This document shows positions 40,619 to 49,689 of a stretch of 64,000 bases of DNA, piece after piece. This DNA comes from Candidatus Aminicenantes bacterium. Its GTDB lineage: Bacteria > Acidobacteriota > Aminicenantia > Aminicenantales > JAFGBC01. Location: positions 288,001-352,000 of the forward strand of contig OY969696.1 of the NCBI GenBank assembly GCA_963702005.1, written 5' to 3'. Each line of letters opens with the position of its first letter. Positions within the stretch are counted from its first letter, which is position 1. A program made the position numbers and the translations under genes. The notes beneath the pieces were generated by a model that searched no databases, was not told the origin of the DNA, and saw only the letters and a list, made by a program, of their open reading frames with translations.

Positions 40619-41191
40619 GTGTCCTCCATGAATGACGATCAGGAACTTGTCAAAGCGACCCTTAAGGGCAACCGGAAGGCCTTCGAAATGATTATCCGGA
40701 AGTACCAGCAGCCCCTTTTGAATTACATAGGGCGCATGGTCGGAGAGCGCGAGATGGCCCTCGATTTCACTCAGGACGTTTTTCTGAGGGCCTATGCCTG
40801 CCTCCCTTCGTACCGGCCCCAGTTCAAGCTCAGTACCTGGCTGTTTAAAATCGCCTCCAACCTCGTCATCGATTTCTGGCGGAAGAAGAAGATCCCGACG
40901 CTGTCCCTCGACCAGCCCCTCGAGGAGGACGGCGAGGGCTTTTGCCTGCAGATTCCCGACGACAAGCCCTCGATCGGCAAGACGTACGAACTCAACGAGT
41001 TTCGGGCCAAGATCGACCGGGCCCTATCCCGCCTGCCGGCGGCCCTCCGCGAGCTGTTCGTCTGGAGGCACATCAACGGCCTCAGCTACGAAGAAATGGC
41101 CGAGATCAAAGACCTTCCGGTCGGGACCGTCAAGAATAAGGTCTTTCAGGCCAAAGAATTGATCCGGAGGCATTTGGAGGAAGAGACATGA
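40619..41191 (+). CDS. ECF sigma-70 factor (SigW/RpoE-like)
   Basis: DFTQDVFLRAY, STWLFKIASN, GLSYEEMAEI..LPVGTVK. Confidence 0.93.
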   Translation: MSSMNDDQELVKATLKGNRKAFEMIIRKYQQPLLNYIGRMVGEREMALDFTQDVFLRAYACLPSYRPQFKLSTWLFKIASNLVIDFWRKKKIPTLSLDQPLEEDGEGFCLQIPDDKPSIGKTYELNEFRAKIDRALSRLPAALRELFVWRHINGLSYEEMAEIKDLPVGTVKNKVFQAKELIRRHLEEET

Positions 41192-41778
41192 GCTGTCTGA
41201 GCCTCGACCGGCTCTACCGCTACCTGGACCGGGACCTGAAACCGGAGGAAGCGGCCGAGGTCGAGGTCCATCTGGCCGCCTGCCCTCGCTGTCGGGAGAA
41301 AACCGAGCTCCGCCGGGCGTTGTCTCAAGCCGCCTGCGGCTTTACGGATCTCGAGCTTCCGGCCGACTTCGCGGAGACCGTCATGGCGAGGATCATCCGT
41401 GCCGAAGCTCCCCATAAAAGCTGGCTGGCCATTCTGGGGATCGGACTCGGGACGTTGGGCATCGCCTTGGGAACGCTGATCCTGGCCAGCGGCCAGTCGG
41501 CCGCCGGCCTTCTCCTCAAGTTCGGACGGACCTCCCTTGATTCCCTGCAAACGGTGTTCGTCCTCCTCGTCAAATTCCTCAAGCTGATACTGCTGGCCGG
41601 TAAGATTCTCCCCGACCTGGCCGGGACAGGCCTGCGGGGCCTATCCCGAATCTCGGCCTCATTCCCGGTCGGGATTCTGGCCCTGTCGGCCGTCGTCGCT
41701 CTCATCCTCGTCTCGACCTGCCTCCTCGGTTTCCGGCGGAGATTCGTCGTTCAAGACGATATCGGAGAAGACCTATGA
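41188..41778 (+). CDS. Zinc-binding anti-sigma factor (zf-HC2) with TM segments
   Basis: C...YLD..L......VEVHLAACPRC motif; ATGA overlap with the sigma gene. Confidence 0.88.
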   Translation: MSCLSLDRLYRYLDRDLKPEEAAEVEVHLAACPRCREKTELRRALSQAACGFTDLELPADFAETVMARIIRAEAPHKSWLAILGIGLGTLGIALGTLILASGQSAAGLLLKFGRTSLDSLQTVFVLLVKFLKLILLAGKILPDLAGTGLRGLSRISASFPVGILALSAVVALILVSTCLLGFRRRFVVQDDIGEDL

Positions 41779-42707
41779 AACAGAGATCCATCCTGGTAAT
41801 CGCCCTCTTGGCGACCGTCCTGGCCGCTACGCTCCCCTTGGCCGCCTATCAAAGCATGACCTTGAAGAAGAATCTCCGGGTCGAAGCCGGCGAGACCCAG
41901 GAGAACGTCATGACCCTCGGCGGTCACATCGTCGTCGAGGGAACGGTTAAGTCCAGCGTCGTCGCCATCGGCGGCACGATCGAGATCGGCGGCGAGGTCG
42001 GTGAGGCCGTCGTCGGGATCGGATCCGCCATCACCCTCAAATCGACCGCCGTTATCAAGGGCGACGTCATTTCGATCGGGGGGAAGCTCGTCAAAGACGC
42101 CGGCTGCGTCGTCGAGGGCGACACGGTTGATTTCGACTTCGGGGAGATAGGAGCCCATTTCTTCAAGGGGGGCTTCGCCAAAGGATTCCTGTCCGTCTCT
42201 CTGATCCCCCTCCTGCTCATCCTCAAGCTCATCGGCATTTTCGTCTGGTTCCTGCTGGCCTTTTTCGTGGCCGCCCTGTTCCCGCGCCAAATCGCCTACG
42301 CCACCCACGAGGTCCGTACCCATTTCTGGCCCGTCTTCTGGACCGGACTGCTGGCCATCATCATCTTCACGGCCCTGTTTCTGCTGGCCGCCCTCCTCTG
42401 CCTGGTCCTTATCGGAATCCCGATTATCTTCGCCCTATTCCTGGCCGGCATCATCATCAAGGTCTTCGGCCGCGTCGTCATGTTCTTCCTCATCGGCGAG
42501 AGCCTGCTCCGTTCGCTGGGCTCGCGGAAGCCTTCAACCCTGGGCGCGGTGACGATCGGCCTGTTCGCGGTCAGCTTGGCCGGCTTTATTCCCGTCCTCG
42601 GCTTCTTGTTCACCTTCGTCCTGAATATCGTCGGCTGGGGCGCCGCCCTCCGGACGAAGTTCGGGACGATGGAAAACTGGTTCCATCATAAAAATCACAA
42701 GAAATAG
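41775..42707 (+). CDS. Membrane protein with N-terminal bactofilin-like beta-helical repeats
   Basis: Repeats V.GTV..SVVAIGGTIEI / IKGDVISIGG, then several TM helices. Confidence 0.78.
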   Translation: MKQRSILVIALLATVLAATLPLAAYQSMTLKKNLRVEAGETQENVMTLGGHIVVEGTVKSSVVAIGGTIEIGGEVGEAVVGIGSAITLKSTAVIKGDVISIGGKLVKDAGCVVEGDTVDFDFGEIGAHFFKGGFAKGFLSVSLIPLLLILKLIGIFVWFLLAFFVAALFPRQIAYATHEVRTHFWPVFWTGLLAIIIFTALFLLAALLCLVLIGIPIIFALFLAGIIIKVFGRVVMFFLIGESLLRSLGSRKPSTLGAVTIGLFAVSLAGFIPVLGFLFTFVLNIVGWGAALRTKFGTMENWFHHKNHKK

Positions 42708-42769
42708 ACTTCAACCCCTTCAGCAAATTCGGCTTGGGAAGGCGGGGGGAGTGAGAATCCGCCGGCGGA

Positions 42770-43327
42770 TCAGCGGCCTAAAATTTCTTTTTCCTTGGCG
42801 GCCGCCATCTCTTCGATCTTTTTAGTCGCGTCGTCGATCGTTTCCTGGATCTTGTCGAAACCGTGGAATTTATCGTCCTCGGTGATGGCCTTGTCCTTCT
42901 CGAGCTTCTCGACGGCTTCGCGGCTCTCACGCCGGAAAAGGCGGAGGGCCATCTTCTCTTCTTCGAGCATTTTGCGGATGACCTTGGCGATCTCCTGCCG
43001 CCGCTCCTGGTCGAGAGGCGGGATGGGGACTTTGAGAACTTTACCGTCGTTGATCGGGTTCAGCCCCAGGTCCGCGCCCCGGATGGCCTTGTCGATGACC
43101 TCGAGCAGCGAGGGATCCCAGGGCTGGACCGTGATCAAGGTCGGGTCGGGGATGCCCAGGGTCGCGACTTGATTAACGGGCGTCGGCGTCCCGTAGTAGT
43201 CGACCATGATGTCCTCGAAAATGCTGAGGTTGGCCCGACCCGTCCTGAGCTTGCTCAGCTCCTTGCGGAAATGCTCCAAAGAGATCTTGACCCTCTTTTC
43301 GACGTCCTTGACAACCTCTTTGACCAT
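42770..43327 (-). CDS. frr: Ribosome recycling factor
   Basis: LRTGRA, VDYYGTPTPVNQVA, DLGLNP.NDG, KEKEIL. Confidence 0.97.
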   Translation of the reverse strand: MVKEVVKDVEKRVKISLEHFRKELSKLRTGRANLSIFEDIMVDYYGTPTPVNQVATLGIPDPTLITVQPWDPSLLEVIDKAIRGADLGLNPINDGKVLKVPIPPLDQERRQEIAKVIRKMLEEEKMALRLFRRESREAVEKLEKDKAITEDDKFHGFDKIQETIDDATKKIEEMAAAKEKEILGR

Positions 43328-43339
43328 GCGTCGTCCCCC

Positions 43340-44059
43340 TCAATAAACCCGGGTCCCGATGGCCCGGCCCAGGGCCGCTTTCCGGAGATTCCCCGGGACC
43401 TGGATGTTGAAGACGAGGATGGGAATCCCGTTGTCTTTGCAGAGCGAGATGGCCGTCGAGTCCATGACCTTGAGGTCCTTGTTGATGACGTCCAGGTAGC
43501 GAATCGTCCGGAATCGGCGGGCCGTCTTGTCGAGTTTGGGATCGGCCGTGTAGACGCCGTCGACTTGGGTCGCCTTGAAGATGATCTCGGCCTTGATCTC
43601 GAGGGCGCGGAGCGCGGCGGCCGTGTCGGTCGTGAAATAGGGGCTCCCAATCCCGGCCGAGAAGATGACGATCCGCCCCTTCTCGAGATGCCGGATCACC
43701 CGGCGCCTAATGAACGGCTCGGCCAGGGAGCGGATCTCGATGGCGGAGATATGGCGGGTGATGACGTCTTCCCTCTCAAGGGCGTCCTGGAGGGCGATCC
43801 CGTTCATGACGGTCGCCAAAAGCCCTATCTGGTCGGCCGACGACCTCTCCATGCCCGCCCCCGTCCCGCGGATGCCCCGGAAGATGTTGCCGCCCCCGAT
43901 CATGATCGCGATTTGGACGCCCAGGGCATGGACGTCTTTGATCTCCCGGGCGATCTCCCGGGCCCGCTCGAAATCGAGGCCATAGGGCTTCGTTCCCAGC
44001 AGGGATTCGCCCGACAGCTTCAGGAGGATTCGATCGTAGGCCGGTTTGGGGCGCGTCAT
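43340..44059 (-). CDS. pyrH: UMP kinase
   Basis: LLKLSGE, GGGNIFRG, PYFTTDTAAALRA, KVMDSTA. Confidence 0.98.
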   Translation of the reverse strand: MTRPKPAYDRILLKLSGESLLGTKPYGLDFERAREIAREIKDVHALGVQIAIMIGGGNIFRGIRGTGAGMERSSADQIGLLATVMNGIALQDALEREDVITRHISAIEIRSLAEPFIRRRVIRHLEKGRIVIFSAGIGSPYFTTDTAAALRALEIKAEIIFKATQVDGVYTADPKLDKTARRFRTIRYLDVINKDLKVMDSTAISLCKDNGIPILVFNIQVPGNLRKAALGRAIGTRVY

Positions 44060-44065
44060 GGCCGG

Positions 44066-44662
44066 TCAGGCTTTGCCGATCTCGAACCGGGCGAAGCGGC
44101 GGACGCGGATATTCTCCCCCAGCTTGGCGATGGCCGAGGCGATGAGCTGCTTGACCTTGATCTTGTCGTCGCGGATGTAGGCCTGTTCGAGGAGGCAGAC
44201 CTCCTCGTAGAACTTGGAGAGCTTCCCCTGGACGATTTTTTCCATGATCTCGGGCGGCTTTTTAGTGTCCTTGAGCTGTTCCCGGATGATCTCCTTTTCC
44301 TGCTCGAGGACCTCTGCCGGGACGTCTTCCGGCGCGATGTACTTGGGGCTGGCCGCCGCGATGTGCATGGCGATGTTCTTGACGAGGTCCTTGAAATCAT
44401 CGTTGAGGGCGACGAAGTCGGACTCGCAGTTGATCTCGACCAGAACCCCGATTTTGGCGTTCATGTGGATGTAGGAGCCGACCAGTCCTTCCGAGGCCTC
44501 GCGGCTCATCTTGTCCTTGGCCCGGGCGTAGCCCTTTTTACGGAGGATTTCGATGGCCTTCTCGACGTCCCCCCCGCATTCCTGGAGGGCTTCCTTGCAT
44601 TCCATCATGCCGATGCCCGTCCGTTGACGGAGCTCTTTGACGAGGTCCGCATTTATCTCCAT
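44066..44662 (-). CDS. tsf: Elongation factor Ts (short form)
   Basis: VKELRQRTGIGMMECK, EINCESDFVA, GENIRVRRFARF. Confidence 0.97.
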   Translation of the reverse strand: MEINADLVKELRQRTGIGMMECKEALQECGGDVEKAIEILRKKGYARAKDKMSREASEGLVGSYIHMNAKIGVLVEINCESDFVALNDDFKDLVKNIAMHIAAASPKYIAPEDVPAEVLEQEKEIIREQLKDTKKPPEIMEKIVQGKLSKFYEEVCLLEQAYIRDDKIKVKQLIASAIAKLGENIRVRRFARFEIGKA

Positions 44663-44687
44663 GGCTGGCTCCTTCCTGTGTTCGCGG

Positions 44688-45467
44688 TCAGACTTTCTCG
44701 CTGGAGGCCGTGCCTTCCGGCTCTCCCTCCTGGCCGGCCTCCGCGGGGGCGGCCGACTCGGGTGCGTGAAGCTCCTTCTCGATCCTGTTCTTCTTGCCCT
44801 CGACGATGGCCTCGGCGACCTTGGACGTGAAGAGCTCGATGGCCCGGACGGCGTCGTCGTTACCCGGAATGGGATAGTCGAGGTTTTCCGGGTCCCCGTT
44901 CGTGTCGACGACGGCCACGATCGGGATCCCTAACTTCTGGGCCTCGGCGATGGCGATCTCCTCCTTGGAGGAGTCGATCACGAACAGCGCCCCGGGCCGC
45001 TCGGTCAGGTTCTTGATCCCGCCCAGGTTCTTGGAGAGCTTCCGGTGGAGCTTCTCATGCCGCGACCGCTCCTTCTTGGACAGAAGCTCCCAACGGCCGT
45101 CTTCCTTCATTTCGTCGAGCTCGACCAGCCGCTCGACGCTCGAGCGGACGACCGTGAAATTGGTCAGAAGGCCGCCCAGCCAGCGCTGGTTGACATAGCA
45201 GGATTCCGAGCGCAGGGCCAGCTCGCGGACGATGTCCTGGGCCTGCTTCTTGGTGCCGACGAACAGGATCGGCTTGCCGCTCTCGGCCATGGACCGGATG
45301 AATTGGAGGGCTTCCTTGAAGATCTTGATCGTCTTCTGGAGGTCGATGATGTAGATCCCGTTCCTCTGCCCGAAGATATAGTCTTTCATCTTGGGGTTCC
45401 AGCGCTTCGTCTGATGGCCGAAGTGGACCCCCGCTTCCAACAGCTCTTTCATCGTAACGGACACCAC
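44688..45467 (-). CDS. rpsB: 30S ribosomal protein S2
   Basis: [28 protein letters not shown]. Confidence 0.98.
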   Translation of the reverse strand: MVSVTMKELLEAGVHFGHQTKRWNPKMKDYIFGQRNGIYIIDLQKTIKIFKEALQFIRSMAESGKPILFVGTKKQAQDIVRELALRSESCYVNQRWLGGLLTNFTVVRSSVERLVELDEMKEDGRWELLSKKERSRHEKLHRKLSKNLGGIKNLTERPGALFVIDSSKEEIAIAEAQKLGIPIVAVVDTNGDPENLDYPIPGNDDAVRAIELFTSKVAEAIVEGKKNRIEKELHAPESAAPAEAGQEGEPEGTASSEKV

Positions 45468-45480
45468 GGACGTGCCTCCC

Positions 45481-45885
45481 TTATCTCTTGTGGTACTGGG
45501 GCGACTTGCGAGCGCCCAGCAACCCGTACTTCTTCCGCTCTTTGATCCGGGCGTCCCGGGTCAGCAGGCCGGCCGCCTTGAGGGTCGGCCGCAGCTCTTT
45601 GTTGAACTCAAGGAGGGCCCGGGCGATGCCGAGCCGGATGGCCTCGGCCTGCCCCCGGGCGCCCCCGCCGTCCACCCGCAGAAAGATGTCGAACTTGCTC
45701 TCCGTCTCGGTCAGCAGGAGAGGCTGGCGGATGATGTGCTTCTGGCTGTCGAGGCTGAAGTAATCGTTGAAGGGACGGGGCCTCTTGTTGACGACGAGAC
45801 TGTAGTCGCCCTTGCCCGATCGGAGATAGACCCGGGCGATCGATGTTTTCCGTTTGCCGGTTCCGTAATATTGAATGAGACTCAA
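45481..45885 (-). CDS. rpsI: 30S ribosomal protein S9
   Basis: [32 protein letters not shown]. Confidence 0.98.
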   Translation of the reverse strand: MSLIQYYGTGKRKTSIARVYLRSGKGDYSLVVNKRPRPFNDYFSLDSQKHIIRQPLLLTETESKFDIFLRVDGGGARGQAEAIRLGIARALLEFNKELRPTLKAAGLLTRDARIKERKKYGLLGARKSPQYHKR

Positions 45886-45893
45886 GGGACCTC

Positions 45894-46322
45894 CTAAAAC
45901 TCGTGGGCCTTGGGATTCTGGGCCTCATGGGGATGCCGGGAACCCCGGTAGACCTTCAGCTTTTTGAAGACGGCCCGGCCCAGCTTCGTTTTGGGGATCA
46001 TCCCCCAGACGGCCCGCCGGATGACCTCTTCGGGCTTCCTGTCCAGGAGCTGCTGAAGGGACTCTTCCTTGATCCCGCCCGGATAGAGGGAGTGGGTGTA
46101 GTACTTCTTCTGGCCCAGCTTCTGGCCGGTCACGGCGATCTTTTCGGCGTTGATGACGACCACGAAATCGCCCGTGTCGACATGGGGCGCGAACCGGGCC
46201 TTGCCCTTACCCCTGAGGAGGGTCGCCACCTCCGTCGCCAATCGTCCCAGGATTTTCCCCTGGGCGTTGACGAGCCACCAGGCTTTCTCGACGTCGTCCT
46301 TCTTGGGAGCATACGTTCTCAT
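45894..46322 (-). CDS. rplM: 50S ribosomal protein L13
   Basis: [31 protein letters not shown]. Confidence 0.98.
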   Translation of the reverse strand: MRTYAPKKDDVEKAWWLVNAQGKILGRLATEVATLLRGKGKARFAPHVDTGDFVVVINAEKIAVTGQKLGQKKYYTHSLYPGGIKEESLQQLLDRKPEEVIRRAVWGMIPKTKLGRAVFKKLKVYRGSRHPHEAQNPKAHEF

Positions 46323-46399
46323 CGATCCTTACCTTAATAAAAAATAGGAAAAGCGGTTCAAAAGAACGGTTTCATACAATACTCAATTCGATGACAAAA

Positions 46400-46512
46400 G
46401 TCAAACCCTCATCTCCCCGGCATGAAAGCCGGGGCTTGATCAGGTTTAACCCTGAGCCGCACTTCTTGTCCCCGCCCTGAAGGACGGGGCTAAGCGTCGG
46501 CGAACGGGTCAA
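46400..46512 (-). repeat. Short hairpin element, copy 2, bracketed by TTGAC direct repeats at the rplM -35 box
   Basis: TTGAC-CCGTTCGCCGACGCTTAGCCCCGTCCTTCAGGGCGGGG...CCCCGGCTTTCATGCCGGGG...GAGGGT-TTGAC. Confidence 0.75.
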
Positions 46513-46652
46513 TCCGCTGGGCCGTTCCGCCCCTGAAGAGCCTGGGGCTCACCCTAAGTCCCCACCTTTCAGGGGGGCTTAGGACACGGCCCTTATAGTT
46601 CAAGAGAATCCCCACTGGGGATTCCCTTGGCGTCGCTGCTGCGCGCCCGAGA

Positions 46653-47645
46653 TCAGGACGTGCTCTTCTTGAGCTCCTTCTCGAGGCGCTTCCGGTCAAG
46701 CTCCCTTTTCTGGATATCCTGGAATTTCTCGGCCCAGCGATCGGCCTCGGCGTAATAACGGTCATGCTTGTCGGGATAGAGCGCGGCGAAAATGTTCCTA
46801 TAAAGCATGTTCATGAAGGCATAGGACCAGGGGTAGGAGGGGTCGATCTCAATCGTCTTCTGGAGGTACTTCTCGGCTTCCCGGCCCAGGGCGTCGCGCT
46901 CCTGGGGAGACAGCTGGTTCTGAAGACGGAAAGCCTTGAAGAACCGGTTGACGCCGATCGCGTAGTAGTTTTCCGCATTCTTGGGTTCGAGTTGGATGCG
47001 GCAGAGATGGAAAGCGACGGCCTTATCGAAGTCCGGGATCGGCGTCAAATTATCATAGTAGTTTGTGATATAGGCATAGCCCTGGGGATTATCGGGATCC
47101 GCCTCGATCCGGCGCAGGTACATGGATTCGGCCTTTTTGGCGACGGCATCGTTCTCGCCGGCATAACGCTTATAGAACTCGGCCACGACGTAGTAGTTGT
47201 TCATGTTCTGGGGCTCGAGCTCGAGGATGCGGAGGTACATCTTCTCGGAGTTCTTGAAATCCCTCATCTTGTCGTACATGTCGCCGATCGAATAGATGAC
47301 GTTTTTGTCCTTGGGATCGATCTGGAGGGCCTTATTGAGGGCGTCCAGGGCCCGCGCGGCTTTGTCCTGGTTGTCGCGGCTGTCGACGCCGGGCTTGTAG
47401 AGCTGTTTATAGCTCTCCCCCAGGTAACGGAAGGCTTCGATCCGCTTGGGATTAAATTTAAGGGCCTCTTCGTATTCGGTGATGGCTTTGCGGTATAAGT
47501 TCTCGGTGAAGTATTTATTGGCCTTGCCGAAATGATAATTGGACCTCAGGTTGGTAAAGGACAGCTTCTGGCAGGCGGACAATGAGACGAGGAGCGCCGC
47601 GCCCAGAATCAGAACCAGCCAGGTCTGGGTTCTCTTATCAAACAT
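46653..47645 (-). CDS. TPR lipoprotein
   Basis: Lipobox LSAC, multiple TPRs (AITEYEEALKFNP, ALQIDP, ILELEP); AAGGAGG RBS. Confidence 0.88.
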   Translation of the reverse strand: MFDKRTQTWLVLILGAALLVSLSACQKLSFTNLRSNYHFGKANKYFTENLYRKAITEYEEALKFNPKRIEAFRYLGESYKQLYKPGVDSRDNQDKAARALDALNKALQIDPKDKNVIYSIGDMYDKMRDFKNSEKMYLRILELEPQNMNNYYVVAEFYKRYAGENDAVAKKAESMYLRRIEADPDNPQGYAYITNYYDNLTPIPDFDKAVAFHLCRIQLEPKNAENYYAIGVNRFFKAFRLQNQLSPQERDALGREAEKYLQKTIEIDPSYPWSYAFMNMLYRNIFAALYPDKHDRYYAEADRWAEKFQDIQKRELDRKRLEKELKKSTS

Positions 47646-47747
47646 CATGGCCTCCTTAGATACTAATGCCAAGAGACACCGGGAACACATTTTATAATAG
47701 ATTGCGCGCCCAAAGTCAAGAAAAACAAGTCCGGACGGGCCTCCCCG

Positions 47748-49061
47748 TCAGCTTTCGCGGATGAAGACCCGGATCGGCGTCCCGCGAAGGTCGAATGTGT
47801 CCCGAAGGGCCTGGACAAACCATTTTTCATAGGCCGGAAGGAGCCGCGCCCGGCTGTGGCCGAACAGGACGAAGGTCGGCGGCAGAATCCCCTGTTGGGT
47901 CATGTACTTGATCTTGGGCCTGGTCTTGTCCCGGGCCAGCGGCGGCCGCGTCCTCAGGATCCTCTCCAGGAACTCGTTGAGCTTGGCCGTCCCGATTCTT
48001 TTCGTCCCGCTCATGTAAACTTTTTCGGCCTCGTCCAGAATTTTGACAACGCCCTTGCCGGACAGGGCGGATACGAACAGGAGCGGGGCGTAGCTCACGA
48101 ACTCCAGCCGCCGGAACAGCTGATCCCTGAGGAAGGCGGACGGGTCCTCCTCGGACCGGATGAGGTCCCACTTATTCAGGGCCAGGACCAAGGGCTTTCC
48201 GGATTCGGCGGCGATGTGAGCGATCGTGGCGTCCTGGCGGGTGGGGAACTCGAGCGCTTCGAACACCTGGCAGAGGACGTCGGCGGCGGGGATATTTTTC
48301 CGGGCGTTGATGATCCCGGCTTCCTCCCTCTTGTCGCGGGCGTGGCTCAGCTTTCGGATCCCGGCCGTGTCGACGAGGCTGAAGGCCTTCCCGTTGCGGA
48401 GGATGAGCGTATCCGTGCTGTCCCTGGTGGTGCCCGGCATGTCGCTGACGATCAAGCGCTCCTCGCCGCAGAGCCGGTTGATCAGGGAGGACTTCCCGAC
48501 GTTGATCCGGCCGATGATGGCGATCTTGAGCGGACGCTGCTCGCCCGTCGCCAGGGGAGAAGCGGGCACGGCCTCCAAGATCGCGTCGACGAGTTCATCC
48601 AGATTGCGCTTATGCTCCGCGGAGATGAGCAGGAGCTTCCGCGCCCCCAGCCGGTAAAAATCTCCGGCGGCCGCTTCCTGGGACTCCGTGTCGATCTTAT
48701 TGATGACGGCCAAGAGCGGCTTGCCGAGCTTCTGGAGCGACCCGAAGACCTCCTCCTCGGCCGGGGCGAGGTCCCGGCGGCCGTCGGCCATGAACAGGAT
48801 AAGGTCCGCGCCCCGGACGGCCTCCCAAGCCTTCGCGCGGACGGCCGCGGACAGTGGTTCCTCCTCGGCGCCGAAAAGGCCGCCAGTGTCGACGAGGAGA
48901 AACGGCTTTTCATACCGGGAGCAAAGGCTGGTCAGGGCGTCGCGCGTCATGCCCGGCAGGGAGTGGACCAGGGCCTTTTTTTCGCCCAGCAGGCGATTGA
49001 ACAGGGTCGATTTGCCGACGTTGGGGAATCCGACGATGACGACCTTGGGCAGTTTTTTCAT
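47748..49061 (-). CDS. der: Ribosome biogenesis GTPase Der
   Basis: Two G-domains (GFPNVGKS, GRINVGKS; DTGG, DTAG; NKID, NKWD) plus KH-like C-terminus. Confidence 0.97.
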   Translation of the reverse strand: MKKLPKVVIVGFPNVGKSTLFNRLLGEKKALVHSLPGMTRDALTSLCSRYEKPFLLVDTGGLFGAEEEPLSAAVRAKAWEAVRGADLILFMADGRRDLAPAEEEVFGSLQKLGKPLLAVINKIDTESQEAAAGDFYRLGARKLLLISAEHKRNLDELVDAILEAVPASPLATGEQRPLKIAIIGRINVGKSSLINRLCGEERLIVSDMPGTTRDSTDTLILRNGKAFSLVDTAGIRKLSHARDKREEAGIINARKNIPAADVLCQVFEALEFPTRQDATIAHIAAESGKPLVLALNKWDLIRSEEDPSAFLRDQLFRRLEFVSYAPLLFVSALSGKGVVKILDEAEKVYMSGTKRIGTAKLNEFLERILRTRPPLARDKTRPKIKYMTQQGILPPTFVLFGHSRARLLPAYEKWFVQALRDTFDLRGTPIRVFIRES

Positions 49062-49083
49062 GAGAACTCGGGGCCCCGGCCTT

Positions 49084-49680
49084 TCAGCGCGCGATCAAGG
49101 ACGTATCCGGCGAGAGGGCCAGTTCCAAGTTGACGTGGCCGGCCAGGGTATCCCGCTCCTGGCCGTCGATCAGGATGAACACCTTCCGGATGGTCTTGAT
49201 GTTCTGGACCAGGGTGTCGACGATGGAATAGACGGCGCAGATCTCGGAGGACGAGCCGGGCAAGATCCGCTCCTGAATGTCCTTGGAGAGGTCGACGTAG
49301 GCCGTTCCCTCCTTGGTGATGAACAGCTGGATGAGATTGGTCTCGGGCGGGAGGGCGGCGACCAGCCCCGCGCGCGGGCCTGCGATAAGCTCCGTGACGA
49401 TGGCTTTGGCCTCCTCAAGGGGCGAGCCGGCCGGGATCTCCCGTTCCTCGGCATGGAGGAGGTCGTCGTTGTCGGCTAGGAAATAGAGGGCGACCACCCT
49501 CGTGGCGGGCGTCGCGGACGGCGCGGTCTTAGCCGTGGCCGCCGGAAGGTCGATCGACCGCTTGATCCTCTCCCGGCCGCCCCCCGTAAAGAAAGCCAGG
49601 ACGAGGACGATCAGAGCGATCAGGAGGAGACCCGCCAGGATGATTTTGATTCGTTCTCCATCCCGTGCGCGTGTCGCCAT
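49084..49680 (-). CDS. GerMN domain membrane-anchored protein
   Basis: TM anchor, LYF, ELIAGP, AYVDLS, VYSIVDTL, ILIDG, TLAGHV. Confidence 0.88.
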   Translation of the reverse strand: MATRARDGERIKIILAGLLLIALIVLVLAFFTGGGRERIKRSIDLPAATAKTAPSATPATRVVALYFLADNDDLLHAEEREIPAGSPLEEAKAIVTELIAGPRAGLVAALPPETNLIQLFITKEGTAYVDLSKDIQERILPGSSSEICAVYSIVDTLVQNIKTIRKVFILIDGQERDTLAGHVNLELALSPDTSLIAR

Positions 49681-49689
49681 AGGTCATCC

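Noticed and set aside
27025-44830. Long antisense ORFs (e.g. 27025..28836, 30320..31636, 42863..44830)
   Set aside because: They mirror well-supported genes on the opposite strand, a typical high-GC3 artefact, and show no motifs of their own.
42770-46322. Fused rplM-rpsI-rpsB-tsf-pyrH-frr run and short EF-Ts
   Set aside because: Both are known arrangements in several phyla; useful for taxonomy, not novel.
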